Assembly: GCA_951406725.2 (NCBI GenBank) | Contig: OX597831.1 | Span: 24,490,001-24,554,000 of the forward strand | Length of the DNA stretch: 64,000 nt | Reading direction: 5' to 3' | Source: Octopus vulgaris | Lineage: Eukaryota | Part shown: positions 12,909 to 25,692 of the stretch, piece by piece | How positions within the stretch are numbered: position 1 is the stretch's first letter | Layout: the number at the start of each line of letters is the position of its first letter | Program-made: the position numbers and the translations under genes | The notes under the pieces: generated by a model | What the model was told of the DNA's origin: nothing | Database searches by the model: none | What the model saw: the letters and a program-made list of their open reading frames with translations, nothing else

Positions 12909-13730
12909 AAGGGTATTCATTAAAGATTTCCACTGACCTACGTTTGGTTATTGTAGGAAATGGAATTTGTACAGGTATAATTATACGCCTCTACATGTCC
13001 ATTGTAAATTGTAGCTTTCCACTAGAAGTCGTTTGTCTTTTATGGTTGCAGAAGTGGACTAAGGTGTTATAATGGAAGCAATTGAATGCAGATCAGTGGT
13101 CAGGTTCTTATACTTGAAAGGTAGTACACCAAAAGAGATTTTCAACGAGATGAAAGAAGTTTATAGTGACAATGCCCCATCACATGATGTAGTGAATCAC
13201 TGGCATCGCCAGTTCAAATGTTGTCAGACATTGGTGGAAACTGTTCCTATTCCTGGACGACCACATTCTTCCATTGATGATGACACCATCCATAAAGTGG
13301 AAGCCACTATTTGGATGATCGTCACATAACTATTCAACAACTAGCCCAAAATCATTCACGACCATTTGCACCTACAGAAGTTGTCTGTACAATGGATTCC
13401 TCAGATGCTCACAAATTTTCAGAAGTAGGAACAAGTCAGTTGCTCACCGGCTCTCATGGAAATATGCCAATGAAATGAGGAAGACTTTTCAAGCAGACTT
13501 ATCACACAGGATGAACTATGGGTCCATCACTAGGATCCTGAGACTAAAGTCCAGTCAAAGTAATGGAAGTATGATAACTCACCACCTCCAAATAAGACTT
13601 GTATACAACCCTCAGCAGGTGAGGTGCTACTCACAGTCTTTTGGGACCAGCGCAGAGTAGTGATGATGAATTTTCTGGCAAAGGGTACCATAGTTAATGG
13701 GGCATATTATGCTTCCCTGCTCATGAAATC
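12909..13730 (+). pseudogene. mariner transposase pseudogene (irritans-like), 3' truncated
   Basis: ORF 13072 MEAIECRSVVRFLYLKG...PGRP (HTH), then WIPQML, ITQDELWVHH*DPETK, SAGEVLLTVFWD, VNGAYYASLL with frameshifts and stops. Confidence 0.92.
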
Positions 13731-14499
13731 TTTGAATTTCACTTCCACATACCACCACTAGTTTCCTCATATTTGTTTCAGTATATACTAAACTATGTGA
13801 TAATAGAGATGTTTTAATTTAGACATAGAATTTCAAACCTGGAAAATAATGAGCCAACAAGAGAACTGCTTTGAGATCATTAGCAGGGAAATTTCTATTT
13901 GATCATATCGTCTTGTTAAAAGAATAAGAAATGAAATGTTGCATTAAATAAGGAGGTCAAATGTACATCGTTCATTCATTTTATATTCCTTGTACTATGT
14001 TAGCATAAACTGTATTTATTTACAGCAATATTTTTGTAGTTGGGTGCTCTTCCAGTCACATACAAGCAAGGTTCTTTTGTATCCCACTATATTGAAAACA
14101 AAGGGCTCTTCATAAGGTTCACTGAAGATTTAACATAACAAAACCGTTTTATTGCTCAGATTATATCATGCAAGAAGTGTGTTCACCAATTCCACTAATT
14201 TTAACATTGGCTGACTTTTGAGACAATAGTGGAAGATACTTGCTCAAGGAACATTATTGTGGGCTTGATCTTAGAACCATGTAATTGTGAAGCAAACCAT
14301 TGAAGACTTTTGATCCAATGTGAGCAGAATTGGAGCTACAGGATTAGCTAAATGGAAAGTAAAGAAAATTTTCCATACTGGACATGTTCTATTGTTGGAT
14401 ATCAGACACAGACTGATATTATTTTATATACAGATATTTCAGTAGAGCGTGATGTCACATTGAACTAGAAGCTCATTTTTTATATACTAGTCAGAGGAG

Positions 14500-15200
14500 G
14501 AGGAGTAGTTTGGCATCAGGCCTCCTGCGCATAAACTGGAAGGATCAATACAATTGGTTTCAGTTTGAATATTTAAATGTTGATGCCATGTAGGTAAAAA
14601 AACATGGCTAGAGAAAGAATTTCTAAAGATAGCAGTTCTGTAGATGAAGAGTGTTGAAAAATGTAATGAATCTCTGGGACATGATAGCAGAGGTGATGAG
14701 AGTAAATGAAATGAATGGATGCTATAGGATTGGTATATAGCGAGCTGAGAGGGACACAGGCCATTATAATTGCAGAAGATGAGAAAGAGATAAGAAAGAG
14801 TAAAACATCTATAAATTGGTTGGGGTAGAATATTTGTGAGTGAATCTCTGCTGTTCAGGTTGGTGGCAATTTTTAAAAAAAATTTATGGAGTAGGTCTTG
14901 AATGTTTGTGTGTTTGCGTAAAAGTACCATCTGCTTTTGTGGTTTTGTAGCATTGCTATATTGTCAAGAGTCAGCAAATGATCAGGGTTGATGTATCTTC
15001 TTGCCCTAAAGAGGAAGGCTAGTTTTGGGGATAAAGTTTTGGCAAAGCTATATTTGTTAGTTTATTATGAGAGATTATCAAAGATTTTATTAATGAGAAC
15101 CAGTCAGATACTGAAGTTGATTAAGCCGAGTATACCCCTTCACCGAAAAATTTGCAGTCTCTTATGTAATTAAGAATTGCTGTTATCATTATTAATTTTA
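14500..15200 (-). mobile_element. decayed CR1/L2/Jockey-group LINE ORF2 3' end
   Basis: ..YNGLCPSQLA..FIYRTAIFRNSFSSHVF.. resembles the Y.NG.CS.EL / F..RT..LWNSLP..VF pattern. Confidence 0.55.
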
Positions 15201-15409
15201 CGCTTTGTCCTTCTAAAGATGTTAAAATTAAGTGCTAGTCAAGAACTGAAGTATAATAAAGTATGATTCACATACGAAGGTTACGTGACTGGTAATTTAT
15301 TTTATTTTATAAAGTTCCTCTCAAATACTGGGATACCAGTGGTACTCTAGCATACCTCAGTTCTAATCAATGTATGTGGTACTTTATCAGGACTCAATTC
15401 TTGCCTGGT

Positions 15410-15530
15410 ACTTTATTTTCATAAAGTAATAAAATATCAGTCTAGTACTGGTGTTGATAAAGTAACATACTAGCCAATACTGGTGTTCATAAAGTAACAA
15501 ACTAGTCTATACTGGTGTTGATAAGGATAG
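15410..15530. repeat. 32-bp minisatellite, ~3 copies
   Basis: tactggtgtt(g/c)ataa at 15446, 15478, 15510. Confidence 0.85.
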
Positions 15531-16447
15531 TACTCAAGTACCAAGTGGAGGGCCAATTTATTTAATTGATCTTTCCCAAAATGTGTGGTCTTTACATCTT
15601 TGCACGAGTCATTATAATAATCTTTATCGCATCATTCATGACCGGATCTTTGGATTCACAAGTGGCACATTTCTCACAATAATGTCAGTTTATACCCATT
15701 AGGTCTTCCTCTAAATTGTAGACCATCTTTGTGTAGCAAATCATAACCTTTTCTTCTTCATGGAATGTGAATAAGAAATTATGAATGAGAGGTATCAAGC
15801 GTCACAGCCAACCAATAAAACAGAAAGCTTTATTGTCATTTTATGGACATTTCTTTCAATATTTAAACCATTATTGAATTATTCTGATCAAAAAGATACA
15901 ATCACATATTTATTGCATTGTGATAAATGCTAAAAGTGATTGTTATAAATACATAATTTTTTTATTTTTTAGTCAGGCTGTACATATATACATACATCCA
16001 ATACATAAAAGTATGTATGACTGAATGTATGTGTTTGCATGTTTTTAAAAATGTTTGATAATTTTAAGAGTTCCCTTATCTTGCTTCCATTTCAAATTAT
16101 TGCAGTTTTATTCAGTTATATAATGTTTCAAATTACAAAGAAAAATGTATATGGAGGAAGCAGTCAATAAAATATTTCAAAAACATAAAAGAAAAAAGGT
16201 ACAAAAAATAGAAAAAGACCATTATGAGACTAATAAAGTTTGTCTGGTCTGTTCTTTGAGTTTATTTGAAATTAAAATAGATAAAAGCTTTTATTTCCCT
16301 TTTTTTTCTTTTTCGATTTTTTTTTTTGTTTTTAGCATAGAAGTTAACTTTGATAAGTAGATGTTGTATGCATGTTTAACAGTTCTCTTATAATAGTTGT
16401 CTCATCACTAACAAAAGTGAAATACTACCATAATCTTTCATCTCCAG

Positions 16448-16448
<1 letters not shown>

Positions 16449-16494
<46 letters not shown>

Positions 16495-16732
16495 ATTAAT
16501 ATACATTTGTATAACTATATATGTACATGCATACACAGAAATACACACACACATATACATACATACATTATATATACATACATATGTGTGTGTGAGTCTG
16601 TATGTGTGTATATATATATATATATATGTGTGTATATATATATATATGTGTATATTTGTATATATATATATGTGTATGTATATATATATATGTGTATATA
16701 TATATGTGTATGTTTGTATATATATATATGTG

Positions 16733-16765
<33 letters not shown>

Positions 16766-16942
16766 GGTGTGTATGTATGTATATATATATATGTATGTGT
16801 ATGTATATATATGTGTATGTGTATGTATGTATATATATATATGTATGTATATATATATATATATATGTATGTGAATGTATATATATATATGTATATGTAT
16901 GTATATATGTATGTGTACACATATATATATATATATATATAT
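16449..16942. repeat. large TA/TG microsatellite
   Basis: direct reading; source of several spurious ORFs. Confidence 0.97.
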
Positions 16943-17044
16943 CATCATTTCATATCTGTTTTCCCTACTGGCATTGATTTATATGTGTGTGTAAGTGGAT
17001 TTCTGCTCTCAGCTATAGTCATCACACAGTGCCAAACTAACAGC

Positions 17045-17540
17045 AGAGCTTGAAGTTGCCCAACATCAATACACTGAAAAGATTGAAACACTGCAGCAGA
17101 TGTGCCACAGGTAGAGGCTGAAAAAAACTATGTCTTTACTATCTGGAGTGAAGGCAGGAAAGATATGTAATAATCTACATATAGAAAACTCCAGAAGTGC
17201 TAGTGCTTAATTTCAGCATTGAATTTTGTACAAGTGCCAGAACTGGACGTCATTGTACTGTACAAAAGAAACCATCCACACCATCTAAATTTGGGGCCAG
17301 GTACTACAACAGCCCAGGTTTCAAAAGTCCGCAGCTCTTCAATGCCCTGACACAACAATTAAGAAATCTACATAATGTGGATGTAGGTGTCTTCAAAAAG
17401 GAACTAGACATCCTCCTTTCCAAAATACTTGATGAACCAACTGCCCAGCATGAAGTACAGATGAGAACGGTGGAATCAAACTTCTTCATGCACCAAATGA
17501 GCCAGTTGCTGGAACAGAAGCACATACAAGAGTGGTGGTG
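17045..17540 (+). mobile_element. CR1-group LINE ORF2 3' fragment
   Basis: LYYLE*RQERY..IYI, RTGRHC, PQLFNALTQQLRNL, FKKELDILLSKILDEPT. Confidence 0.8.
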
Positions 17541-17639
17541 TGAAACTCCCAAGCCTAAGGAAATCAGCAAAACTGTGGTGGTGCTCCAGCATGACTGCAG
17601 CTGTATGGCTGAAAAGAATAAAAGAATATATATATATAG

Positions 17640-18050
17640 ACACAGGAGTGGCTATGTGGTAAGTAGCTCACGTACCAACCACATGGTTCGGTGTTCATTC
17701 CCACTGCAGGGCACCTTGGGCAAGTGTCTTTTACTATAGCCTTGGGCCGACTAAAGCCTTGTGAGTGGATTTGGTAGACAGAAACTGATAGAAGCCTGTC
17801 GTATATATGTATATGTATGTATGTGTGTGTATATGTTTGTGTGTCTGTGTTCATCCCCACAACATCGCTTGACAACTGATGCTGGTGTGTTTACGTCTCC
17901 GTAACTTAGCAGTTCGGCAAAAGAGACTGATAGAATAAGTACCAGGCTTACAAAGAATAAGTCCTGGGGTCGATTTGCTCGTCTAAAGGCGGTGCTCCAG
18001 CATGGCTGTAGTCAAATGACTGAAACAAGTAAAAAGAGTAAAAAGAGAGT
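17640..18050 (+). mobile_element. full-length family A SINE
   Basis: collinear with 3315-3740. Confidence 0.9.
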
Positions 18051-18889
18051 GAAAAAAGTACATGTTAGTGAAATGTAGGCTACAAAACATGTGGCAGTTG
18101 AATGCAGTGAGCGTATGATGACCCAGCCATCTCGGTAAAGGTTCATGTCTACTTCCTTCCTACCTAAACAAAGAAATAATGAAATAAAACACTTCTTGTT
18201 TGCATTCTCTTCTTACTCTCAGATGAAGGAAAATAATTCACGTGTTGAACTCTACATTCCTCACTATGGCAAATGAACTTTACATACATTCAGTTTTAAA
18301 TTGACAAATTTTTTTTACCCTCCACATGCCATCGACCAGTTTTTTTTGGGGTTTTTTTTTTTTTTACATACTGCAGATTTTACCCTGTATTTATCACACA
18401 TTTCCATTAGATAAATATATATTGATTAATCATTTTGAATATTAGATATTTCTTTACCAAATCAGATATTTGTTAGAAAAAAAACAAAGCAAAACAAAAA
18501 AAAACAAATGAAAAAACAGTGGTAAGGAGAGGAGAGTTCGTTTTTTCTTTAGATTTTTACTTTTGTTCGTCTTCTATTTTTTTTTTTTTTTAAATCTCTT
18601 TTCCTGGTAGTACTGAGTGTTTTCTGTGATTAACAGCTGAAACAGTTTCAAACTTACAACTTACAAAAAACTCGATGGAAAATAATAAAATAAATGGATA
18701 ACAACTATAATCTACATTTACAGCCTTGGTGATATTTCAAAACTAATAAATGCTCACCTGTTGCAATAAATTACACTTTTTTTCTAACCATCTCCTATAA
18801 GTCACATTAATTCAATGTAAGACAAACATTTTGGTTTTAGTTTTTTTTTTTAGTTATTTTATGTTTTTGTCAGGTGGGTGTGTATTTGA

Positions 18890-19063
18890 TACACAATACA
18901 ATACACACATACATACATATATATGCATATATATACACACATACATACATATGTATATATATACGTCCACACGCATATATATACATACACATTTACATAT
19001 ATATATATACACACACATATATACATATAAACATATATACATACACACACACATATATATAAT

Positions 19064-19108
<45 letters not shown>

Positions 19109-19189
19109 CACACACATATATATATATATACATACACACACACACACACACACAGATATATATATATACACACACACACATATATATAT

Positions 19190-19220
<31 letters not shown>

Positions 19221-19250
19221 ACACATACACACATACACATATATATTAAT
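18890..19250. repeat. TA/CA microsatellite
   Basis: direct reading. Confidence 0.95.
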
Positions 19251-19798
19251 TACATTTGTACAAAAATGACCATCAGCTAATGAAGTTACAGGATGCAAAT
19301 TTACAAAAATAGAGTTAAGGTCATATATTTATGTTAAATTAGTTTGTAGTAGTCGTAGCTGAACTTGATTTTATAGTATTTATTCATACTATATCAGCCT
19401 GACTGAGCAGACTTGTAATCAAAGGTATTCCAGCTGTAATTGTAATGTCTTTTTTTTAAGTCACAGTATATCTTGGAATATATTATTAGATGTCATCTTT
19501 GTTGTGACTGTTCCTATAAGACAGACTCACTACAGCAGACCTCATATTGAGCAGATTCAGGCTATGACCACTTTGACTTATTTTCAGACTTAGTGTATCT
19601 TGGCCTATATTATTTTGGTATATCATTCCTTTGTAAGATGATAGGATGTGACCCAAAGGAGATTTAAGTGCTACTTTTAGCATATTGAGCTACCCTCACT
19701 TGTTTCTGTTGATTTAATTCTTGCTGTTGTTGAGTAGACCTGGTCAAATACCTTGTTTAGACTATTTTGTCAGTGGTATTAGCTGCAAACATCCCTTC

Positions 19799-19836
<38 letters not shown>

Positions 19837-20047
19837 ATAATATTAGGGAGTATAACTCCAAACTTTCAGGGAAAAATTCAATTTAGTATAAAAAAATATA
19901 TATTAGAGATAAAGCCACTATTATTCAATTCAAACAATGATAGAGAAAAACCAAAACATAAATAACAAATAAAGTATATTTTCATAAAATATATAACTAG
20001 ATCACAAAAAGTATAAAAATGAATAAGCAATATATAAGTAAAAAAAA

Positions 20048-20147
20048 AACTACGTACGTTTCATGGCTATAACTAAATTAGAATTAGAATTAAATTTAAA
20101 TCTAATTGAAATGGATTCAATTTAAAATTATTGTCAATCTTCAGGTT
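20048..20147 (-). ncRNA. hammerhead ribozyme motif with extended stem II, in a Penelope-like fragment (~19833-20160)
   Basis: minus strand aac-CTGAAGA-ttgacaataa...ttatagccat-GAAA-CGTACG-TA-gtt; stem I aac/gtt, palindromic stem III, GUA cleavage triplet. Confidence 0.7.
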
Positions 20148-20938
20148 AAGAATAATAGTTAAATATATACTAAATTCCACTTATATTGGTCACCCTGTGT
20201 ATTACACAAAGAAATTGAAGCCAATCATGTATTTTCAAATCAAACTTCTTAAACATACAGTTAAGTCTACACCCTTGAGATGAAGATTATAATATTAGAC
20301 TAACGTAAGTAAAAAGTTATGAGATTATTCTGACATGACAGAAATTATGATGTCTGACTGAAGAATATTGAAGCAGGAAGATATATTAGAACATTGTTTC
20401 ATTTCAATGGCTTTAAGTCTTAAGACATGGAGAAACACCAAATGAAAGACTGTGCTGTTGTAGTGATAATAAAGGATAATGGTGTAGTTGAGTCAGCAGT
20501 TAGATGTTAACTCATTTAATTATTCTAATTAGTCTCCTAATTACTGAAGGGAATTAGAAGCTAATGATGCTAACTGATGGGGTAGTTTAGAATTAAGAAA
20601 TATTGCTAGAAACGATGTTGCAGATTCCAATGATAACAACTATGTTAATGGTTATTAGCACATTGAGACCATTAGCATTCCATTGGAGATTTCAAAAGGG
20701 GTCACGTAGAAAAATATGCTGAAGTGTTATCCTGATGCCTTAAATTGCTCATCTTATGATATGGACTAAAAACTGCAAGCTAACGAAACGTTTGTTAGCT
20801 GAACAGTGAAGCTACTTACTATGTATTGAATCCTGTTTAGGACATGTTGATCAACCCAAATGCCTCAGAGAGGAATTGAATTTCGAATGACATATTTATT
20901 AAACATTTTAAACACAAAGCCATATCTATATATTTTAT

Positions 20939-21295
20939 AGGTGCAGGAGTGGCTGTGTGGTAAGTAGCTTGCTTACCAACCACATGGTTATGGGTTCAGT
21001 CCCACTGCGTGACACCTTGGGCAGGTGTCTTCTACTATAGCCTCAGGCCGACCAAAGCCTTGTGAATAGATTTGGTAGACGGAAACTGAAAGAAGCCTGT
21101 CATATATATGTATATATATATATATATGTTTGTATGTCTGTGTTTGTTTACATCCCCGTAACTTAGCGGTTCGGCAAAAGAGACTGATAGAATAAGTACT
21201 AGGCTTACAAAGAATAAGTCCTGGGGTCGATTTGTTTCGACTAGAGGCAGTGCTCCATCATGGCTGCAGTCAAGTGACTGAAACAAATAAAAAAA
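20939..21295 (+). mobile_element. family A SINE with internal deletion
   Basis: head and tail match consensus. Confidence 0.9.
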
Positions 21296-21561
21296 TGTTT
21301 TAAATAAAATAAAAAATTTACACTATATACCACAGTAACTATTTACTGTTACTTGGTGGGCTGAGCCAGTAATAGATAAAATTCTCTTTTGATGCTAAAG
21401 AAGCTTCGCACTTTTTGAGTCGGACGATGTTCTTATCAGGAAGGGGTTATAAGTCAGTTGACTTAATTAATCTGTTTAATGACTGTATAGAAATGAAAGC
21501 CTAAATTTATTGTGATGAGGTTTGAACACAAAAGGAACAGTAACAAAGCTAAATATTGACT

Positions 21562-22210
21562 CAGACATGGCTATGTGGTAAGAAGCTTGCTTCCCAACCA
21601 CATGGTTTCAGGTTCAATTTCACTACATGTCAGCTTGGGCATGGGTTATTTACCTTGATTTTTAAAATAAAATATATTAGATATATATGATGATCCCTTT
21701 CAGGGGCCCTCTTATCGACGTTTTTTAATAATCTGAGTATGCCATGAGGTTTCCAGACTTGAGTTCTACTCATGTGTCAGGTTTCATCAAAATCGATAAA
21801 ACGATGTATGAGGAGTTACCTACTCCACAACTCTACAAACATTAGTGTTCCATTGGAGATTTCAAAAGGGGTCATGTAGAAAAATATGCTGAAGAGTGAT
21901 CTTGATGCCTTAAATTGCTCGTCTTATGATATGGACTAAAATCTGCAAGCTAACGAAACGTTTGTTAGCTGAACTCCACAAACACATAGAATTTCTCACA
22001 TTTGTAGAAGATATCTATGTGTGTGTGTGTCTTTATGTCTGCTTAACAACCAGTGTTGGTGTGTTTAAATTCCCTTAACGTAGCAGTTTGGAAAAAGCGA
22101 CCGACAGAATAAGGCTTTAAAAAATAAGTCCTGGGGTCGATTTGTTTAACTAAAACTCTTCAAGGCAATGCCCCAGCTTGGTTGCAGTGAAATGACTGAA
22201 ACAAGTAAAA
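21562..22210 (+). mobile_element. family A SINE interrupted by Helitron-like remnant (~21660-22015, minus)
   Basis: SINE head 21562-21645 and 3' half 22020-22210; middle has gtttcatcaaaatcg and ...acatttgtagaagat end. Confidence 0.55.
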
Positions 22211-23136
22211 GATTGTAAGATATTTAGTCTGGCATTAGACAGACTTAGCTCTAAAAGCATTCCACTTCCGAAGAAATCACAGCAATAACATAAATAATTG
22301 TTTAAAAACAAAAGCAAAGAAATAAACAAGTTTCGTTTATAAAATGGATATCAGCTCCAGAATGCTAAGAAATTATGCAATTCAGACTGCATTAATCTCA
22401 ATATGAAATCATTAATATCAAAAGCCAGTCTTTTAGGGTCATATTCTTTGTAATATAAATTAATTATTCCAGAGGAATATTTTGAAATGATGGATATCAA
22501 TTCCAGATATTTTCTATCAGTCGCCAGTGTCCAGTCACTATAAAAACAACATAAAGAAAAGTCAGTAGAAACGATAGAAGCTGTGAAATTAATTTCAATG
22601 AAAAATATGTTGATGATCCAATCACTGGTCTTTCATCCCTTGGAGACCTAAGCACCAATCATGTTGGTAGAATTCATTAAAAGGTCATTAACCATTTTCT
22701 TTTTTTCATTTTGGACTAAGTAATATCTGAAGGAGGAGTGTAACATTATAAATTCCAAAACTTATTTAGACTAGAATTTTAGTATTTACAATGTCGTGAG
22801 TCAAGGGTGGTACTCAGAACACAATGAATTCCTTTGTCTTTTTGAATTCTGGTCTGGTCATATTGCTCTGTTGATAGCTGACCAATATCAAGTCTCTGTT
22901 GGATATTTCACAGCCAACACCTTTTTCTTTGTTCTGTTATAGATTTCATTATAATAAAAGGTTGTCAAGTCAGGAAGATGGTAATTTTGAGCTGTGAGCT
23001 AGCCAAGTTAGATATTGTTTTCAGAGTGAATTAGTTATGGAAACTTTTCCTAATTCTTAAAAGATATGAATTTAAATAGTAAGCCCAATAAACAGACCTT
23101 AAGGTGGGGGGAAGAAAAAATTGAGGAAAAAAAACT

Positions 23137-23481
23137 AGAAATGTTTCGTTTTTGGATTTGGTTTGCAAGATTCTTTATATGAGTTTGTGTGTTGAAGCAT
23201 ATTCTGTTGTGTCTGGGGAGAGTTATTTTCTTTTTGTGCCTTATAATGTAACACACTCACAAGTAAAATTTCCACTTATTTCTTATTTTCCTAAAACTTT
23301 CGTTGCATCTTGCAACCTTTTCAATAAAAGGTTGCAAGACGCAACAAAAATTTTCAATAAAAGGTTGCAAGATGCTACGAAAATTTTAGGAAAATAAAAA
23401 TAAGAAATAAGTAGAAATTTTACCGGTGAGAGTGTTACATTATAAGGCACAAAAAGAAAAGGACTCTCCCCAGACACAACA
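23137..23481. mobile_element. inverted pair of Penelope-like terminal fragments (long hairpin)
   Basis: arms ~23206-23321 and ~23360-23481 are reverse complements; gttgc-aagat-gcaac-GAAA stem. Confidence 0.75.
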
Positions 23482-23720
23482 AACTAGAAATGCTTTCACA
23501 GGAAAAATAATGTTTATAGAATTGGTAAGTTTGTGTGCCAAAGAGAGTTTCCCTTCAGCACATAAACCTCTTAGAATAAGTAATTTCCTTTAAAAGAAAT
23601 TATTCTTGTTTAGCTCCATATCCACCCCTAATCAAGTTTCACTATGATCAGAAATATTTCAGATATGGTCATTCTATCTTTTTTAGAAAGTGTATACAGA
23701 ACTGTCTATTTTCCAAGTTA

Positions 23721-24242
23721 CCGTAAATCCTTGAGTATAATCTACATTTTTTTCTCAAAATTTAAAGGTCAAAATCCCTAGTGCATACTATATATGAGGT
23801 TAAAAATGAAAAATATTTTCTAAGCAATGTCCAAGTCTCTATTTGCTGTCCAGTAATGTTAATTCAGACACGTTTTGTAATGTAGGGCATGAAAATCCCT
23901 TAATCTAAGCCTGAAAGCAATGAAGTCATAAAAGAATCATCCCTAACTTGCAGTAAGCAACATTTATTATAATAGAAGTATTCAGAACACAGAATAACAT
24001 GTAACAAAAACAATTTGCAAACATATTTACATTCCCATAAAACAGTTAAAAACATCGCCATTATTGTATTACACATGTGCGGAAGTGTTTATTCGACTAG
24101 GTGCTGCTGGCTTAATTACACATGACTCAAATTAGAGAAGTGGTGCATTTTATACACAAGGTTTAGGTTTTTCAGAGGTACAGCCCCCTAAAATTCCTCT
24201 GCGTATTATACTCAAGGGCAGACTATAGTCAAGGATTTACGG
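23721..24242. mobile_element. non-autonomous pogo/Tc2-type DNA transposon
   Basis: TA TSD, TIRs ccgtaaatccttgagtata / tatagtcaaggatttacgg. Confidence 0.9.
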
Positions 24243-25092
24243 TATTCTGTTTTGAGCAAGTAGTGAAAACTTTGAGAGAAATTTGGTTGGAATTTCCAGT
24301 TGGTTGAGTGATTGCATAGACACCTCATTGGATTTTGCACGGAAGTGAAAAAAAGCAAAGGAGTTGAGATATTACATTTCACATAAAGTCTGTACAGAGT
24401 AGAAATTCTATTGTTGAACATTGGTCTTCCTCTCACAATTATTATTCATAAAGAAACACCACTGATTCAGTTTCTATGCATATCAGTCTATGAGAAATAG
24501 CCACAAAAGTTGCCCTAGAATCATACCCTACAATTTAAAAAAAAAAAAGAGAATACCTTAAATAAATGTAGTTCATATTATACAAAAAGACTAGGTAGTC
24601 ATGGCTGGAAAGCCTTTGTAGTTCTGCTTGATGAACATTGACTTGGAGATAAACGAGTATTTGTTGTGTGAGCCAATGTCATACTTTCAACAACCATAAC
24701 TATAGAATGAAATTCAAAATATAATTGAAGTCTTAATATAATGGAAAGATATTATGAGGATCTATGGTCTTATACATCAAAAGGGAATTAAGAGAGCTAA
24801 TAAAATATGAAAATTCATTGGATCCTGTTAGTATTTATTATTTCTCAATTTTTACATTTCTTTTGCTGAACCAAATGTAAGCTGAAGGCTTTGGTTCAAT
24901 TCTCCTGCTAAAACCTCTTCGTTTCTTCACACTATATTATGCAATCCAGCTATGGAGGTTGCATATAGACAGTAGACTTGCTAGAAATAGCAATAGTAGG
25001 CAATCACATTGTGATGTATTAAAAGAAAAAAGAAAACATTACATAATATAAGGTAGTCTTAGACTTAAATAATAAAGCCTTTTCATTTATTT

Positions 25093-25474
25093 ACATATAT
25101 TTATAAAGCTGAAGTTGTCTGTGTATGGCAGGTTTGGTAGCCTTCAACTAAAACTATCTCCTCTGAGACCCTGCGGCGCAAGTTGACCAAAATTGAGATT
25201 ATGATAGAAGAAGGCTTGCTCTTCCTTCCGTAGAAGAAAAAATTCAAATCGGACCATGTTAACACCAAAAATTATATACATCAAAAAGGTGCTTTTTTTC
25301 TATGAAAATCCCTATTTTTTACGATTTATTGACTGCTGTGTCACCATTCTTCGGTGTATTTCAACCAGAAAAATGTTCACTTAAAGGGAATAAGAAGCTA
25401 CATAATGCAAAATTTTTACTTTTCAAAAATTCCAATTCTAAAGGGTCGAAGCAAACGCCGGGCGATACTGCAAG
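25093..25474 (+). mobile_element. non-autonomous Helitron-like element
   Basis: 5' tatatttataaag..gttgtctgtgt, 3' gcaaacgccgggcgatactgCAAG|t (CTAG variant); ends shared with 59622-60016. Confidence 0.75.
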
Positions 25475-25492
25475 TAATAATATACAAGGAAA

Positions 25493-25692
25493 CCAGAGGG
25501 GACAAACAAGGACAGACAAACGGATTAAGTCGATTATATTGACCCCAGTGCGTAACTGGTACTTAATTTATCGACCCCGAAAGGATGAAAGGCAAAGTCG
25601 ACCTTGGCGGAATTTGAACTCAGAACGTAACGGCAGACGAAATACCGCTAAGCGTTTCACCCGACGTGCTAACGTTTCTGCCAGCTCATCGC
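25493..25692 (-). mobile_element. family B SINE
   Basis: atcgaccccgaaaggatgaaaggcaaagtcgacc...gaatttgaactcag. Confidence 0.9.

Noticed and set aside
16372-17053. Long ORFs (up to 238 aa, here and at 43431-44147, 18831-19298, 38098-38594)
   Set aside because: Translations of TA/TG/CA microsatellites (YI/CV/HT repeats), open in several frames on both strands
17197-17739. 180-aa ORF as a host gene
   Set aside because: CR1-like LINE remnant reading through into SINE sequence
20200-20930. Possible decayed hAT transposase
   Set aside because: Purine-rich and coding-like, but no motif could be read with confidence
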